64,000 bases of DNA. Origin: an uncultured delta proteobacterium. Its GTDB lineage: Bacteria > Myxococcota_A > Polyangia > Haliangiales > Haliangiaceae. Of this stretch, positions 9,897-21,185 are shown piece by piece; position 1 is the stretch's first letter, and every line of letters starts with the position of its first letter. The stretch covers positions 640,001 through 704,000 of the forward strand of contig CAVUQH010000003.1 in assembly GCA_963743525.1 (NCBI GenBank), written 5' to 3'. The notes under the pieces were generated by a model. It was not told the DNA's origin and ran no database searches. It saw only the letters and a list, made by a program, of their open reading frames with translations. Position numbers and translations under genes: made by a program.

Positions 9897-10829
9897 GTGG
9901 CGGCGTGCCTGCTGATGTGCGCGTGCGGGTGCAGACCTCAGCGCAGGCGACCCCTGCGCATCGGTCTGTCGCAGTGGCCGCCGTACGAGATGCCGTTCCT
10001 GGCCCGGGACCTGGGCTACCTCGAGGGCGTCCCGGTCGAGCTGGTGGACATGCGCACGCCGGCGGAGGTGCGCCGCGCGTACCGCAACGGCCTCCTCGAC
10101 GGGGTCGCCGTGACCACGCAGTACGCGGTCGAGTTCGCCGCCTGGAAAGGCGACGATCGGATCGCCCTGGTCATCGACGTCTCCGACGGCGCCGACGCGC
10201 TGGTCGCGCGGCGCGGCATCGACTCGGTCGCCGATCTGAGGGGCAAGCGCATTGGTCTGGAGAACACCACGCTGGGCCCGATGATCGCGCTGCGAGCACT
10301 GGAGAAGCACGGCGTCTCCCGCGATGAGGTCACCTTCGTGCCGATCGATTTTCCCGAGCAACGCGCGGCCTTCGAGAACGGCACGGTCGATGCCATGGTC
10401 ACCTACGAGCCGGTGCGCTCGCAGCTGCTCACCATGGGCGGGAAAGTGCTGTTCTCCAGCCACGACATGCCCAACGAGGTGGTCAACGTGCTCGTGGTCC
10501 ACGGCAAGGTGATCGACCGCAGGCAGGCGGATCTGCGCCGACTCATCGACGGCTGGTTTCGCGCCGTCCACTACATGGAGACGAACCCGGACGACGGCGC
10601 ACGTCGCATCTCACCGCGGGAAGACCTCGACCCCGACCAGGTGGAGCGCGCCCTCCAGGGAGTGCGCCTGCTCGACCGCTCCGAGAATCTGAAGCTGCTC
10701 AGCGGCCCGCACCCACCGCTGATGAACGGGCTCGAGCGGACCGCGGCGGCCATGCACACCCTCGACCTCATGGACGCCGAGCCGGACTTCAGCAAGCTGG
10801 TCACCGACCGAGTGGTGAGCTTGCCATGA
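9897..10829 (+). CDS. Periplasmic substrate-binding protein (NMT1/SsuA-like)
   Basis: WPPYE..FLA...[26 protein letters not shown]. Possible lipobox; start uncertain. Confidence 0.8.
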   Translation: MAACLLMCACGCRPQRRRPLRIGLSQWPPYEMPFLARDLGYLEGVPVELVDMRTPAEVRRAYRNGLLDGVAVTTQYAVEFAAWKGDDRIALVIDVSDGADALVARRGIDSVADLRGKRIGLENTTLGPMIALRALEKHGVSRDEVTFVPIDFPEQRAAFENGTVDAMVTYEPVRSQLLTMGGKVLFSSHDMPNEVVNVLVVHGKVIDRRQADLRRLIDGWFRAVHYMETNPDDGARRISPREDLDPDQVERALQGVRLLDRSENLKLLSGPHPPLMNGLERTAAAMHTLDLMDAEPDFSKLVTDRVVSLP

Positions 10830-13484
10830 GCCGCTTCCCGCCGCCGATTCGCTACACCGTCCCCGGCGTGTTGCTGGTGATCGGGGTGCTGTTGCAGCTC
10901 GGCGTGCTGGAGCTGGAGCTGCAGCGCGGGCGGCAGCGGGTGGTGCACTCCGCGACCAACGAGATGCGCCTGACCGGCACCCTCATCTCGGCCAACGCCG
11001 AGACCGCCTTCCGCATCGAGAACACCGAGGGCGCGGCGGCCATCATGGGCGTGCTGGCCGGCGAGCCGACCGTCAAGAATGCGGTTCTGGTGGGGGCCAA
11101 CGGGGTCATCACCGATGCCACGCAGCTGGTTGACGAGGGCCGAACCCTCGACCAGGCGGGACTGACCGAGGTCGAGAACCTGGTCGCCGCCGCCCGTCAG
11201 ACCAACGCAGCCCAGCTGCAGACGTTCGACAACCCGTCTCGGATCGTCGGCGCCTTCCCGGTCGATCTGTCGCGCCGGGTCGATGACCAGATCGCGATCC
11301 TGGTCACCGTTCGCGATCTGGGACCGCTGTTGTCGGCGGCGAGAACCGACGCCACCGACCGCGCGTTGCTCGAGGGCGGGGCGCTGCTGGCAGTCTGCTT
11401 GATCATCTTCGTACTGCTGCGGCAGATCGTCATCGTGCGCATGAGCAAGCTGGCCCACGCCAGCCATCTGCTGGCGGACGGCGACTACGACGCGCGGGCG
11501 GCCCTCGATGGCGACGACGAGATCGCCGATCTCGCCCGCACCTTCAACACCATGGCGACCTCCATCCAGGCGCAGACCGCGGAGCTCAGCGCCAGCGCGC
11601 AGCGGCTGTCCAGCTTGCTGGGCAATCTCGAGGACACGGTGCTCGTCGTCGGCGCCGACGGGGGCGTGAAGTACAGCAACAGCGCCTCGGTGGAGGTGAT
11701 CGGCGTGGAACCGCACGAGCTGATCGGCCAGGCGCTGGGCGGTTACCTGGTCGTAGACGATCGGGCCGCGCTCGACCACGCGCTGGCGGCGGCGCGCGCC
11801 GAGCCGGGCAGTCACCTCAGGATCGAGGCGACGCTCGATGGCGCCGCGCCCCGCCGGCTCGAGGTCGTCGTCTCCTGGCCGCAACACGAGCTGCTCGGCG
11901 GCGCAGTCGTCAACGTTCGCGACATCACCGAGAAGCGCAGCCTGGAAGAGCAGCTGCGCACGCGGCAGAAGCTCGAGCTGGTGGGGCAGCTCGCCGGCGG
12001 CGTCGCCCACGACTTCAACAACCTGCTCAGCGTCGTCTGCCTCAACGCCGAGGCGCTGCTGCACGACTCACGTCTTTCGCCGCTTCATCGCCCCGCCGTC
12101 GGCGAGATCCTCGACTCGGCGACCCGCGGTGGCACGCTCACTCGCCAGTTGTTGACCATGGGCCGGCGGGACATCTCGGCCAAGGCGCCGATCGACCTCA
12201 ACGAGGTGATTCGCAGCATCGATGCGCTGTTGCACCGGCTGGTGCCCGAGAACATCGCCTTCGAGATCGAGCTGGCGGAGCAGCCATGTGCGGTGGAGGC
12301 GAACCAGGGCTTGCTCGAGCAGATCGTCGTCAACCTGGTCGTCAATGCGCGCGACGCCATGCCCGACGGCGGAACCCTGAGCGTGCGCACCACCGCATCG
12401 ACGGTCGCCGGCGCCGACCGCGCGCTGGTCACCATCTCGGACACCGGCACCGGAATTCCCCGCGACATTCGCGAGCAGATCTTCGAGCCGTTCTTCTCCA
12501 CCAAGCCGCCCGGGACCGGGACCGGGCTGGGGCTGACCACCGTGCGCGGCATCGTCGAGGATCTCGCCGGCACGATCGAGCTGTCGACGGCGGACGGTCG
12601 CGGTGCGACGTTCACCATCTCGCTGCCGAGGCTGCCGTCCGCGGCGGTCGACGATGATGACGACGACGGTGCTCTGTCGGCCTACCGCGGCAGCGAGCGC
12701 ATCCTCTACGTCGAGGACGAGCCGGCGATTCGCCTGTCGGTGCAGCGGTTCCTGTCCGAGCTGGGCTACGAGGTCAGCGCCTTCGCCACCGCCGAGGAAG
12801 CGGTGTCCGCCGTGGCCGCGCCGGAGTTCGGCGTCAACCTCTTGCTCACAGACCTGATGTTGCCGGGGATGAACGGCCACGCGCTGTGGCACGCGCTGCG
12901 CAAGGAACGCCCGGGCCTGCCGATCCTTTTCACCTCCGGGTACACCGAGATCGCCGCGTCGCGGCGGCAGATCCTCGAGGAGGGTTTGCCGCTGCTGCAG
13001 AAGCCGGTGCGGCGCAGCACCCTGGCTCGGTCCATCCGCGAGGTCCTGGCCTCGGCGGCAGCGGCGGAGCCGAAACCCGTGGCGCGCGACGGACGGCGGG
13101 CGCTGCTCCTGGTCGACGACGACGAGATGGTCCGCCGACTCAGCGAGCGAATCATGGAAGGTGCCGGCTACGAGGTCGCCACGGCGGGGTCGGGCGACGA
13201 GGCCTGCCGGCGACTGGCCGAAGCGCCCGAGAGCTTCGCTGCGGCGCTGCTCGACCTGAACCTGCCGGACACCGACGGTATCACCCTGGCCGGTCGCCTG
13301 CGCAGGACCACACCGTCACTGCCGATCGTCCTGACCACCGGCGGCGACGTTCAACCGCCTGTCTGCCGCGCTCGACGATGGGCGCATATCGGCCCTGCTG
13401 GCCAAGCCGTACACCGTTGACGGACTGATCGACACCATCGAGACGGTGCTGGTGTCGCCGGCTTCGCCCACCCGCTCGCATTGA
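10826..13484 (+). CDS. Hybrid sensor histidine kinase (2TM-HAMP-PAS-HisKA-HATPase-REC-REC), apparent +1 frameshift near 13351
   Basis: [28 protein letters not shown] and two receiver domains. The last REC's LLAKPYT motif sits in a shifted frame ending at TGA 13484. Confidence 0.9.
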
Positions 13485-13486
13485 GT

Positions 13487-14689
<1,203 letters not shown>

Positions 14690-14747
14690 AAGAAGCAACG
14701 CCGGCCACGGAGCAGCAAGGCGGGTAGGTTCAGGACGATTCCTGCGC

Positions 14748-15203
14748 TCAGGACTGCTTGCGTTTGGCCTCTTCGATCAGCTCGGCGGCGATGCGATACG
14801 CGGTGTTGACCGCGGGCATGCACACCCGCTCGGGTACGTCGGACTGCATCAGCCGGTCGATGCCTTCTTCGGTGGTGAGATCCAGGCCGGTGAGATTGCG
14901 GCAGTTGATCGATCCCATCTCCGCTTCGAAGCGGCTGCGGAACTCGCGGACCAGCTCGAGCTCGTCGAGCATCTGCTCCATCGAATCCGACTGCTGGATC
15001 ATCAGCCCCAGGGCCATCACGCCGCCGGCGACGGCGCCACACACCGCGCCGCTGTTGCCGATGCCGCCGGCAAAACCGCGCGCAATCTGCGGGATGACTC
15101 CCGCGGTTTCCTCGATTCCCTGATCCCGGCACACGGCCAGGAGCACCGATTCCGATCAGACGAAGCCCTCCATCATGATTTCGGCCGCCCGGTTCGCTTC
15201 CAT
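14748..15203 (-). CDS. C-GCAxxG-C-C family putative redox protein, probable selenoprotein (TGA codon 16 = Sec)
   Basis: AAGGAGG RBS, ATG at 15203, MEANRAAEIMMEGFV-TGA-SESVLLAV...GAVCGAVAG...SINC...VC. The TGA (15156-15158) occupies the first conserved Cys position and a hairpin follows. Confidence 0.8.
15124..15142 (-). promoter_or_regulatory. Candidate bacterial SECIS hairpin
   Basis: UCCUGGC-CGUGU-GCCGGGA: 7-bp stem (one G-U pair), loop starts 20 nt after the UGA, G at loop position 2. Confidence 0.65.
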
Positions 15204-15233
15204 GCGTGGCCTCCTTTCGTGTCGTCTACGACA

Positions 15234-15249
15234 TGCATTCCAGGTGCCA
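15234..15249 (-). promoter_or_regulatory. Sigma54 promoter for the candidate selenoprotein
   Basis: Minus strand TGGCACctggaATGCA with GG-N10-GC spacing, about 30 nt upstream of ATG 15203. Confidence 0.6.
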
Positions 15250-15288
15250 GCCTCCCGTGGCAGCTAGCGTTCGGTTATCGTCGACGAC

Positions 15289-16248
15289 ATGAATCGGGGG
15301 AAGCTGATCGCCATCGGCGCGGGGGCCGCCGTGGTGCTGGTCGGGATGATGGCCGCGTTCTTCTTCATGCGCGGGCGCAACGTCACCCACGCGATCACCG
15401 GCAGCTGGTACCTGGAGTCGGCCAGCGGTCCGGTGGTGGTCGTGCGCCACGGGTCGTTCTGGCAGGCCAACAGCAACACGTCGACCAGCTACGGCAGACC
15501 CAGTAGTCGAAGCGCCATACGGCTGTACAGCCAGCGGGTGAGCGACGGCGCGTACCTGGGCCAGTACCTCATGCCCAAGGACGCCCGGGTCGCCGGCATG
15601 CACGGGGACAAGCTGTGGATCTGCGACAAACGCTCCGGCCCCGTCCTGCTGCAGGTCCCCGATCTGCGCGTCGTGGCCAACCGAAAGACGATTCGCGATG
15701 CCGCCGGTACCGACTTCGAGCTGACCGGCTCCGACTGCACGGTCCACCCGTACCAGGGCAAGCTGGAGATTCGCGAGTCCGACGGCAAGGACTACTGGGT
15801 CACCACCGATCTCCGCGTCGAGGCGGAAGACCCGGACGAGACGATCCCGCCGCCCGGCTACCACTGCAACTTCGGCCAGACCGATCTGATCGAGCCGTCC
15901 AGGATCTCGTGCTTGCCGCCGGAGTCGGCACCGGCCACGGTGCTGGCGAAGTCCAAGACGTCCGCGCTGCGCAAGGACGAGAAACTGCCGCCGCTCATCA
16001 GCGGCATCGCTTCCAGTTTCGAGAAGACCGAAGTCTTGTGGACCAAGCCGATGGATGAGCTGGTGGGCGCGCCGGTCCCCGACGTGCGGTGGATGCGAGA
16101 ACAGGTGCTCGACCCGCACCGGGTCGTCCTGATGATGGGCACCCACGAGAAGATGCTCGAGGTGCACCTGATCTTCATCGATCCGACCGACGGCACGGTG
16201 CTCGAGCACAAGCTGCTGTTCGCCGACAAGGCGCCGGGTCCGGCTTAG
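15289..16248 (+). CDS. Hypothetical protein with N-terminal membrane anchor
   Basis: 319-aa ORF with a clear N-terminal TM/signal segment; no family recognised. Confidence 0.7.
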   Translation: MNRGKLIAIGAGAAVVLVGMMAAFFFMRGRNVTHAITGSWYLESASGPVVVVRHGSFWQANSNTSTSYGRPSSRSAIRLYSQRVSDGAYLGQYLMPKDARVAGMHGDKLWICDKRSGPVLLQVPDLRVVANRKTIRDAAGTDFELTGSDCTVHPYQGKLEIRESDGKDYWVTTDLRVEAEDPDETIPPPGYHCNFGQTDLIEPSRISCLPPESAPATVLAKSKTSALRKDEKLPPLISGIASSFEKTEVLWTKPMDELVGAPVPDVRWMREQVLDPHRVVLMMGTHEKMLEVHLIFIDPTDGTVLEHKLLFADKAPGPA

Positions 16249-17318
16249 TCGTCGCGGCGCGTGCCCACCAGCAGGTGGGCCTGGTAGCACATGGTCGCGC
16301 GCTCGTGGACGTAGACGTGCCACGGCACCCGGTCGGCCTCGGCGGTGAGCAGGAGCTGCGGGTCCGGGGTGACGCCCGACTCGGTCGACAGCAGGCGGCG
16401 GAAGGCGGCGGCGCTGGAGCCCTCGCCGGGGCCGCGCTGGGAATGGCCGCCCAACCACTGCTCCACCGGCGTGGCGCCGGTCGACCAGTCGTACGGGGTC
16501 GAGAACAGCGCGCGCGCGCCGGGACGAAGCACCCGCCCGAGCTCGACCACGTGGGCCATCGGCGAGGCGATGCAGTCGACGACGTTGAGGCTGAGCGCGC
16601 CGTTGACGCTGCCGTCGCCAAACGCCAGACCGGTGGCGTCGCAGGCCCAGAAGTTGACGCGATCAGCGGCCGGCAGCTCGACCGGGTAGTCGCGCCGCTC
16701 GTAGACCATGCCGACGCGGCGGTGCGGGTGCACGGCGCGGCCGCTGGTCAGCACCCGGCGCGCCAGCTTCAGCATGGCGATGTTCAGGTCGACGCCCAGC
16801 ACCAGATCGCCGGTGCGCGCGGCCAATTCGAAGCTGCCGCGGCCGACCGAGCAGCCGACGTCGAGCCACGCGCCGGCCGGCGGCTCGGGCAAGAGCTCGA
16901 GGCCGCGGGCGAGCAGCTGCGGCACGCCGGCCTCCAGCGCCGGACCGGCCGGATCGAAGTCGCCGTAGTGGCTGCGCGCGTAGGTCGACAGGTGGTAGCG
17001 GGTGGTCACCAGCTCGGAGTCGGGACCGGCGCAGTCGCCCAGCCAGCTGTCGGTGAACGGCGACAGGTCGTCGCGCTCGCGCAGCTGTGACAGCTGGCCA
17101 GAGACGACGCCGCGGATGTCGAGCACCAGCAGCGGGATGCCGTCGATGATCGGGTACTCGCGCTGGCAGACCTTGTCGGGGCAGAGCAACATCCCCTCGA
17201 TCACGTCGTCGCCGTCGCGGCGCTCGACGTGGCCCAGGGTCAGCGCGGGCGCCTCGCGGCCGGCCACGCGACAGGCGATGCAGCGGGGTTGGAAGCGCTG
17301 GAAGTGGGCGGTGCGCAG
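16245..17318 (-). CDS. Class I SAM-dependent methyltransferase with N-terminal Trm112-like/Zn-ribbon domain
   Basis: CIAC...LLCPDKVCQREYPIIDGIP (Trm112-like), then WLDVGCSVG and GVDLN. The frame is open to CTG at 17318, just after the PAAR stop. Confidence 0.75.
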   Translation of the reverse strand: MRTAHFQRFQPRCIACRVAGREAPALTLGHVERRDGDDVIEGMLLCPDKVCQREYPIIDGIPLLVLDIRGVVSGQLSQLRERDDLSPFTDSWLGDCAGPDSELVTTRYHLSTYARSHYGDFDPAGPALEAGVPQLLARGLELLPEPPAGAWLDVGCSVGRGSFELAARTGDLVLGVDLNIAMLKLARRVLTSGRAVHPHRRVGMVYERRDYPVELPAADRVNFWACDATGLAFGDGSVNGALSLNVVDCIASPMAHVVELGRVLRPGARALFSTPYDWSTGATPVEQWLGGHSQRGPGEGSSAAAFRRLLSTESGVTPDPQLLLTAEADRVPWHVYVHERATMCYQAHLLVGTRRDD

Positions 17319-17322
17319 GGCT

Positions 17323-17706
17323 CTACCCGCCGACTTCGACGTCGCTGGAGCCCTCGATCACCTTGCCGGTCGGGCTGGGGATCGGGCCCATGCACGAAGC
17401 AAACGCGACCATGTCGTTCTTGCGCGCGGCCGGAAGGCCGGTGAAGAAGACGGTGAACGATCCCAACGAGATCAGCCCCGGACCGGCAGGCACGCAGCTG
17501 GGCAGCATGCACGGCTCGGACATGCTCGACACCGTTGCCGCCGGTTTGCCGTTGACCATCACCGTGGGGCTGGTGGCGGCGACGATCTTGAGCGGCTTGG
17601 CCGGGTGCGGCGTGGGCGTCGGCACTGGCGCCGCCGGATGGATCGGCGCATGGCAGTGCGGAGAGTCGTGTTTTACCGCGTCACCCTGTCTCGCTGCGCC
17701 TGCCAT
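17323..17706 (-). CDS. PAAR-domain protein
   Basis: GAARQGD, TVMVNGKPAA, TVFFTGLPAARKND and a terminal GSSDVEVGG. RBS GAGGAG. Confidence 0.88.
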   Translation of the reverse strand: MAGAARQGDAVKHDSPHCHAPIHPAAPVPTPTPHPAKPLKIVAATSPTVMVNGKPAATVSSMSEPCMLPSCVPAGPGLISLGSFTVFFTGLPAARKNDMVAFASCMGPIPSPTGKVIEGSSDVEVGG

Positions 17707-17723
17707 TACCTGCTCCTCGTCTC

Positions 17724-18113
17724 CTAGTTCAGCCAGATCATCTTGCCGTTGAGCCGGACCTCGGCGGTCAACTCGATCTTGAGGTCTTCCTCGGACTTCA
17801 TCTCGAGGGTGCCCTTGCTGTCGATGTCCACCTTCTTGGCGTTGACGTGGAACGTCTCGCACTCGACGTCGATGTCGCCGGCCGACTTCATCTGCAGGCG
17901 GACTCCTTCGAGGCTGAGCACCGGGCCCTCCTCGGTGATCCGCACCTTCAGCTCGACGGCGCCGCTGGCCGCGCGGATCTCGACCACGTCGTCGAGCCCC
18001 TCCTGCGACACCGCCACGCTGCGCCCGCGCGAGATGTGCACGGTGCGCTCGGGCTCGGTCTCGGTCTCGCCGGTCTGGTTGTCCAGCGCGCTGCGTTTGT
18101 TGTCGTCTGCCAT
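17724..18113 (-). CDS. Small protein resembling a phage gp5/VgrG C-terminal beta-helix fragment
   Basis: Roughly 8-residue beta repeats (SAGDIDVE, SKGTLEMK, SEEDLKIE) ending VRLNGKMIWLN; directly upstream of PAAR. Confidence 0.55.
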   Translation of the reverse strand: MADDNKRSALDNQTGETETEPERTVHISRGRSVAVSQEGLDDVVEIRAASGAVELKVRITEEGPVLSLEGVRLQMKSAGDIDVECETFHVNAKKVDIDSKGTLEMKSEEDLKIELTAEVRLNGKMIWLN

Positions 18114-18131
18114 GGGCTGGCGCCTACTCTA

Positions 18132-19817
18132 TCACTTATACGCAGGGCCGCTCCGGTTGACCCCCGGCAGCTCCAGGGGCGGGCGCGGTGGCCGGGAAAG
18201 CGCCCGCGCAACCTCTCCGGGGCCCAGCTGCCGGCCCCACATGACCACGCACCGAGCTCCCGCGGATCCGGTGACATAGGCGTGGCCGCCGCCGGTTGCC
18301 GCGTCGAGCAGGGCGCGGGCGTGGGCGGTCAGCTCGGCGCCGCGGGTGAAGCGCGGCTGCATCAGCGAGGCCACCCGTTCGGGGTCGGGTGCGTCCATGG
18401 CGGTCAGCTCGGCGGCCAGACGGCGCGCCGACCACTGCTGCAGCTCGCGCACCAGGCGCAGGCCGACCTCGCCTCGGCGGGCGTGGTCGTCATCGCCGTC
18501 GCCGACCGTCTGGCCGCGCGGAGTGAGCACGCGGTCGATGAAGTCGGCGACGGCGGACGAGCCGAGCAGCTGGTCCCAGTCGCCGCCGCACAGCGCGACC
18601 GACGCCCGGTAGCTGCTGACGATCGCCCGGCGCTGCGCTTCGGTCGGCGAGTGCTCCCAGCCGAGCGCCGCGCGCAACGGGCGGGTGGCGGCAGTCAGAT
18701 AGAGCTCCGCCCACGCCGCCTCGACGTCCGCGCAGGCGTCGAGGTAGGCCAGCTCGACGGCCAGCTCGGTGGTGGTGCTGACGCCGGCGAGCACATCGCG
18801 CCGATCGCGGGCGTGGGTCTCCAGCACCGGCTGACCGGTGGCGCGGGCGTGGGTGAGCGTGGCCTCGGCGCGCACCAGCTCCGGGTCGCGCGCGAGTGCC
18901 AGCATCAGGTCGGCCTCTTCCACCCGCACACCCAGCTCGTCGGCGTTGTGCGCGTCCGCGGCCAGGGCCAGGATGCGATCGCAGACTGCGCGTGCTGCGC
19001 GGTCGGCCGGATCGTTCGGGTCGAGGGCGTCGGCCAGGATGCGATAGCCGGCCGCCGCATCGGCCGCCGACGGCACGGCCACGGTGGGCTCGGTGTCGGG
19101 CGATGGCGGCGCAACCGGAACCGCGCGGGCGTAGTCGGCGGCGGCGATCCGCACCTCGTCCAGCTCGTCGGCGATGTCGCCCGGCTCGTCGGCGACGGCG
19201 CCCTCCGGCGCGCCCGTCGCGCGCGCCAACCAGCGGCCCAGCACCGCCAACCCGGCGGCATCGAACGGCAGCCGGTGCCGGTACCAGGGCGCGGTGCACA
19301 CCCCCGCCCAGTCGGTGGCCGGCTCGGCCCCGCGCAGGCGCTTCCAGCAGCCGAGCGCGTTCTCGAGCTGCGCCGTCCGCGCGGCGTCGTCCTCGGCGGT
19401 GGCCCACTCGATCAGCGCCGCGCACAGCGGCGCGACCGCCGCGCAGGTGTCGCCGGCCGTCCGCTCGAGCGCCGCGGCTCGCTGCTTGGCGGCGATGGTC
19501 AGCGGGGCGAAGTCGCCGTGGCCGGTGGCCGCCAGCCCGGCGTCGTAGGCCATCCGCGCCGCCGCCCGCCGCCGGTCGTCGCGGACCGCGGCGTGGACGT
19601 GGATCAGCCCGAAGTGCCGGTCGAGCCACTCGGCGCGCACCAGCTCGAACACCCCGCCGGTGCGGGCCATGTAGTCGCCCGGGCTGGTGGCGTCGTCGAC
19701 CAGCGCCCGGTAGCGGCGAATCGCCGCCTGCTGGTGGCGGTGCAGCTCGGGGCGGCGCTCCATGCGCGCCAGCTTGCGTTCGAGCCAGCGCGCGTGGTCG
19801 CGCAGGGCGGCATCCAT
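18132..19817 (-). CDS. Hypothetical alpha-helical protein
   Basis: Long ORF with protein-like composition in a minus-strand gene run; no motif recognised. Confidence 0.6.
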   Translation of the reverse strand: MDAALRDHARWLERKLARMERRPELHRHQQAAIRRYRALVDDATSPGDYMARTGGVFELVRAEWLDRHFGLIHVHAAVRDDRRRAAARMAYDAGLAATGHGDFAPLTIAAKQRAAALERTAGDTCAAVAPLCAALIEWATAEDDAARTAQLENALGCWKRLRGAEPATDWAGVCTAPWYRHRLPFDAAGLAVLGRWLARATGAPEGAVADEPGDIADELDEVRIAAADYARAVPVAPPSPDTEPTVAVPSAADAAAGYRILADALDPNDPADRAARAVCDRILALAADAHNADELGVRVEEADLMLALARDPELVRAEATLTHARATGQPVLETHARDRRDVLAGVSTTTELAVELAYLDACADVEAAWAELYLTAATRPLRAALGWEHSPTEAQRRAIVSSYRASVALCGGDWDQLLGSSAVADFIDRVLTPRGQTVGDGDDDHARRGEVGLRLVRELQQWSARRLAAELTAMDAPDPERVASLMQPRFTRGAELTAHARALLDAATGGGHAYVTGSAGARCVVMWGRQLGPGEVARALSRPPRPPLELPGVNRSGPAYK

Positions 19818-19821
19818 GCCG

Positions 19822-20166
19822 CTAGTATGTCGAAGTCGCGCGTCCGCGTGAGTGGACGAAGGCACGCACGCGTGCCCGATCTTCCGACGCGTCGCTGCCG
19901 ACGAAGCGGATGTGCGTCCCGCGCTTGCCCGGCAGCTCGGTGTTGCCGACGATCTCGGCCGGCAGCCGGTTCATGGCCGGGTCGCCGGGGAGCTTGAACA
20001 GCAGGGTGACCTGCGTGCCCACGCTGTGGGGACCGGTGCCGAAAAGGAACATACCGCCCGCCGACAAGTCCGTAGCGTACTGAAAGTAGGTGGTGTGCTC
20101 GTCCAACTCGACGACGTGCAGGTCGACGTCAACTCGAGGCTCGGTGCGCCGTTCGTCGTTCGCCAT
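19822..20166 (-). CDS. PilZ-domain protein
   Basis: ERRTEPR (RxxxR) and DLSAGG (DxSxxG). Confidence 0.85.
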   Translation of the reverse strand: MANDERRTEPRVDVDLHVVELDEHTTYFQYATDLSAGGMFLFGTGPHSVGTQVTLLFKLPGDPAMNRLPAEIVGNTELPGKRGTHIRFVGSDASEDRARVRAFVHSRGRATSTY

Positions 20167-20356
20167 GGCTAAATTTTGTATCTCGCCTTATGTCGCGCTC
20201 AAAGAGAAAATCGTTTTGGGGTAAACCCTGTCGATACGTGGCCAAGCAATATTAGGACGTTATAGCCGTCGCGCGGTGGTGCCCATGGGCGTCGCCGGGC
20301 CATCGACGTTTGGCCGCCGACTGGATGCGAAGCTCGGCGCTGGCTATGATCGAGGA

Positions 20357-21091
20357 GTGAAGCGGCTCATTGCGGTCATCCGGCGTCCGGGCGCGGTGCT
20401 CGCGCTGGTCAGCGAACGCGCGCCGGCCACCGCCAGCGGGCCGTCGGCCGGACCGTATCGCGAGGCGCTGGTGCCGCTGGCCGCGGTCAGCGAAGCGATC
20501 TGCCCGTGGAAGGACAAGGACGTGCGCGCCTGGCGATCGCTGGCCCGGGTGCCCGGGCTCAGCCGGCGCGCCGGCGTGGCCATCGTTCGCACGATCATAG
20601 GCAGCACGGTCGACCCCGACGCCGTGCCGGCGGACCTGTCGCCACTGTCGTTCTCCCGCGGCCCTGTGAACCTCCAGCCGCACCTGTGCGCCGCCGACGG
20701 CGAGCAAGAGCTGCTCGACGGGCTGGGCGACGTGCTCACCGAGGTCTCCCGCGACACCGACTTCCCCGACTGGCACTGGAACCGGCGTCACTCGCTGGCG
20801 GTGCTGCCGGATCACTTCCGTCGCTCGTTCCTGTGGGGGCTGCACCTGTCGCCGTGGTCGACGGTGGAGCACACCCTGGCCGTCTACGAGGCGCTCGAGC
20901 TCGACAGCGACGCGCCGTTGCGTCGCGCGCTGGCGCGGATGTTGTCGCTGGCCGACCGGCCGATCGGCCTGGCCTGGTCGCGGGCGATCGCCGACGTCGA
21001 GCCGGGCGAGCGGCTGGCGCTGTGCGAGCGCGTCGTCGAGACCGGCGCCTACGCGACCCACCCCGAAGCGATGTCGCGGCGGGTGTCGTAG
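20357..21091 (+). CDS. Hypothetical protein
   Basis: Protein-like ORF with GTG start filling the gap between the PilZ genes. Confidence 0.5.
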   Translation: MKRLIAVIRRPGAVLALVSERAPATASGPSAGPYREALVPLAAVSEAICPWKDKDVRAWRSLARVPGLSRRAGVAIVRTIIGSTVDPDAVPADLSPLSFSRGPVNLQPHLCAADGEQELLDGLGDVLTEVSRDTDFPDWHWNRRHSLAVLPDHFRRSFLWGLHLSPWSTVEHTLAVYEALELDSDAPLRRALARMLSLADRPIGLAWSRAIADVEPGERLALCERVVETGAYATHPEAMSRRVS

Positions 21092-21185
21092 GCCGCCCTG
21101 AACCGCGGTCCAACCTCTGGGCTTTCGCCGCGGGAGCGGACCGTGCCGATTGCACGGTCCGGGCGAATCCCGCATGCTCGTCGGG

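Noticed and set aside
20167..20356. AT-rich intergenic stretch as ncRNA or riboswitch
   Set aside because: No recognisable conserved structure; consistent with a divergent promoter region.
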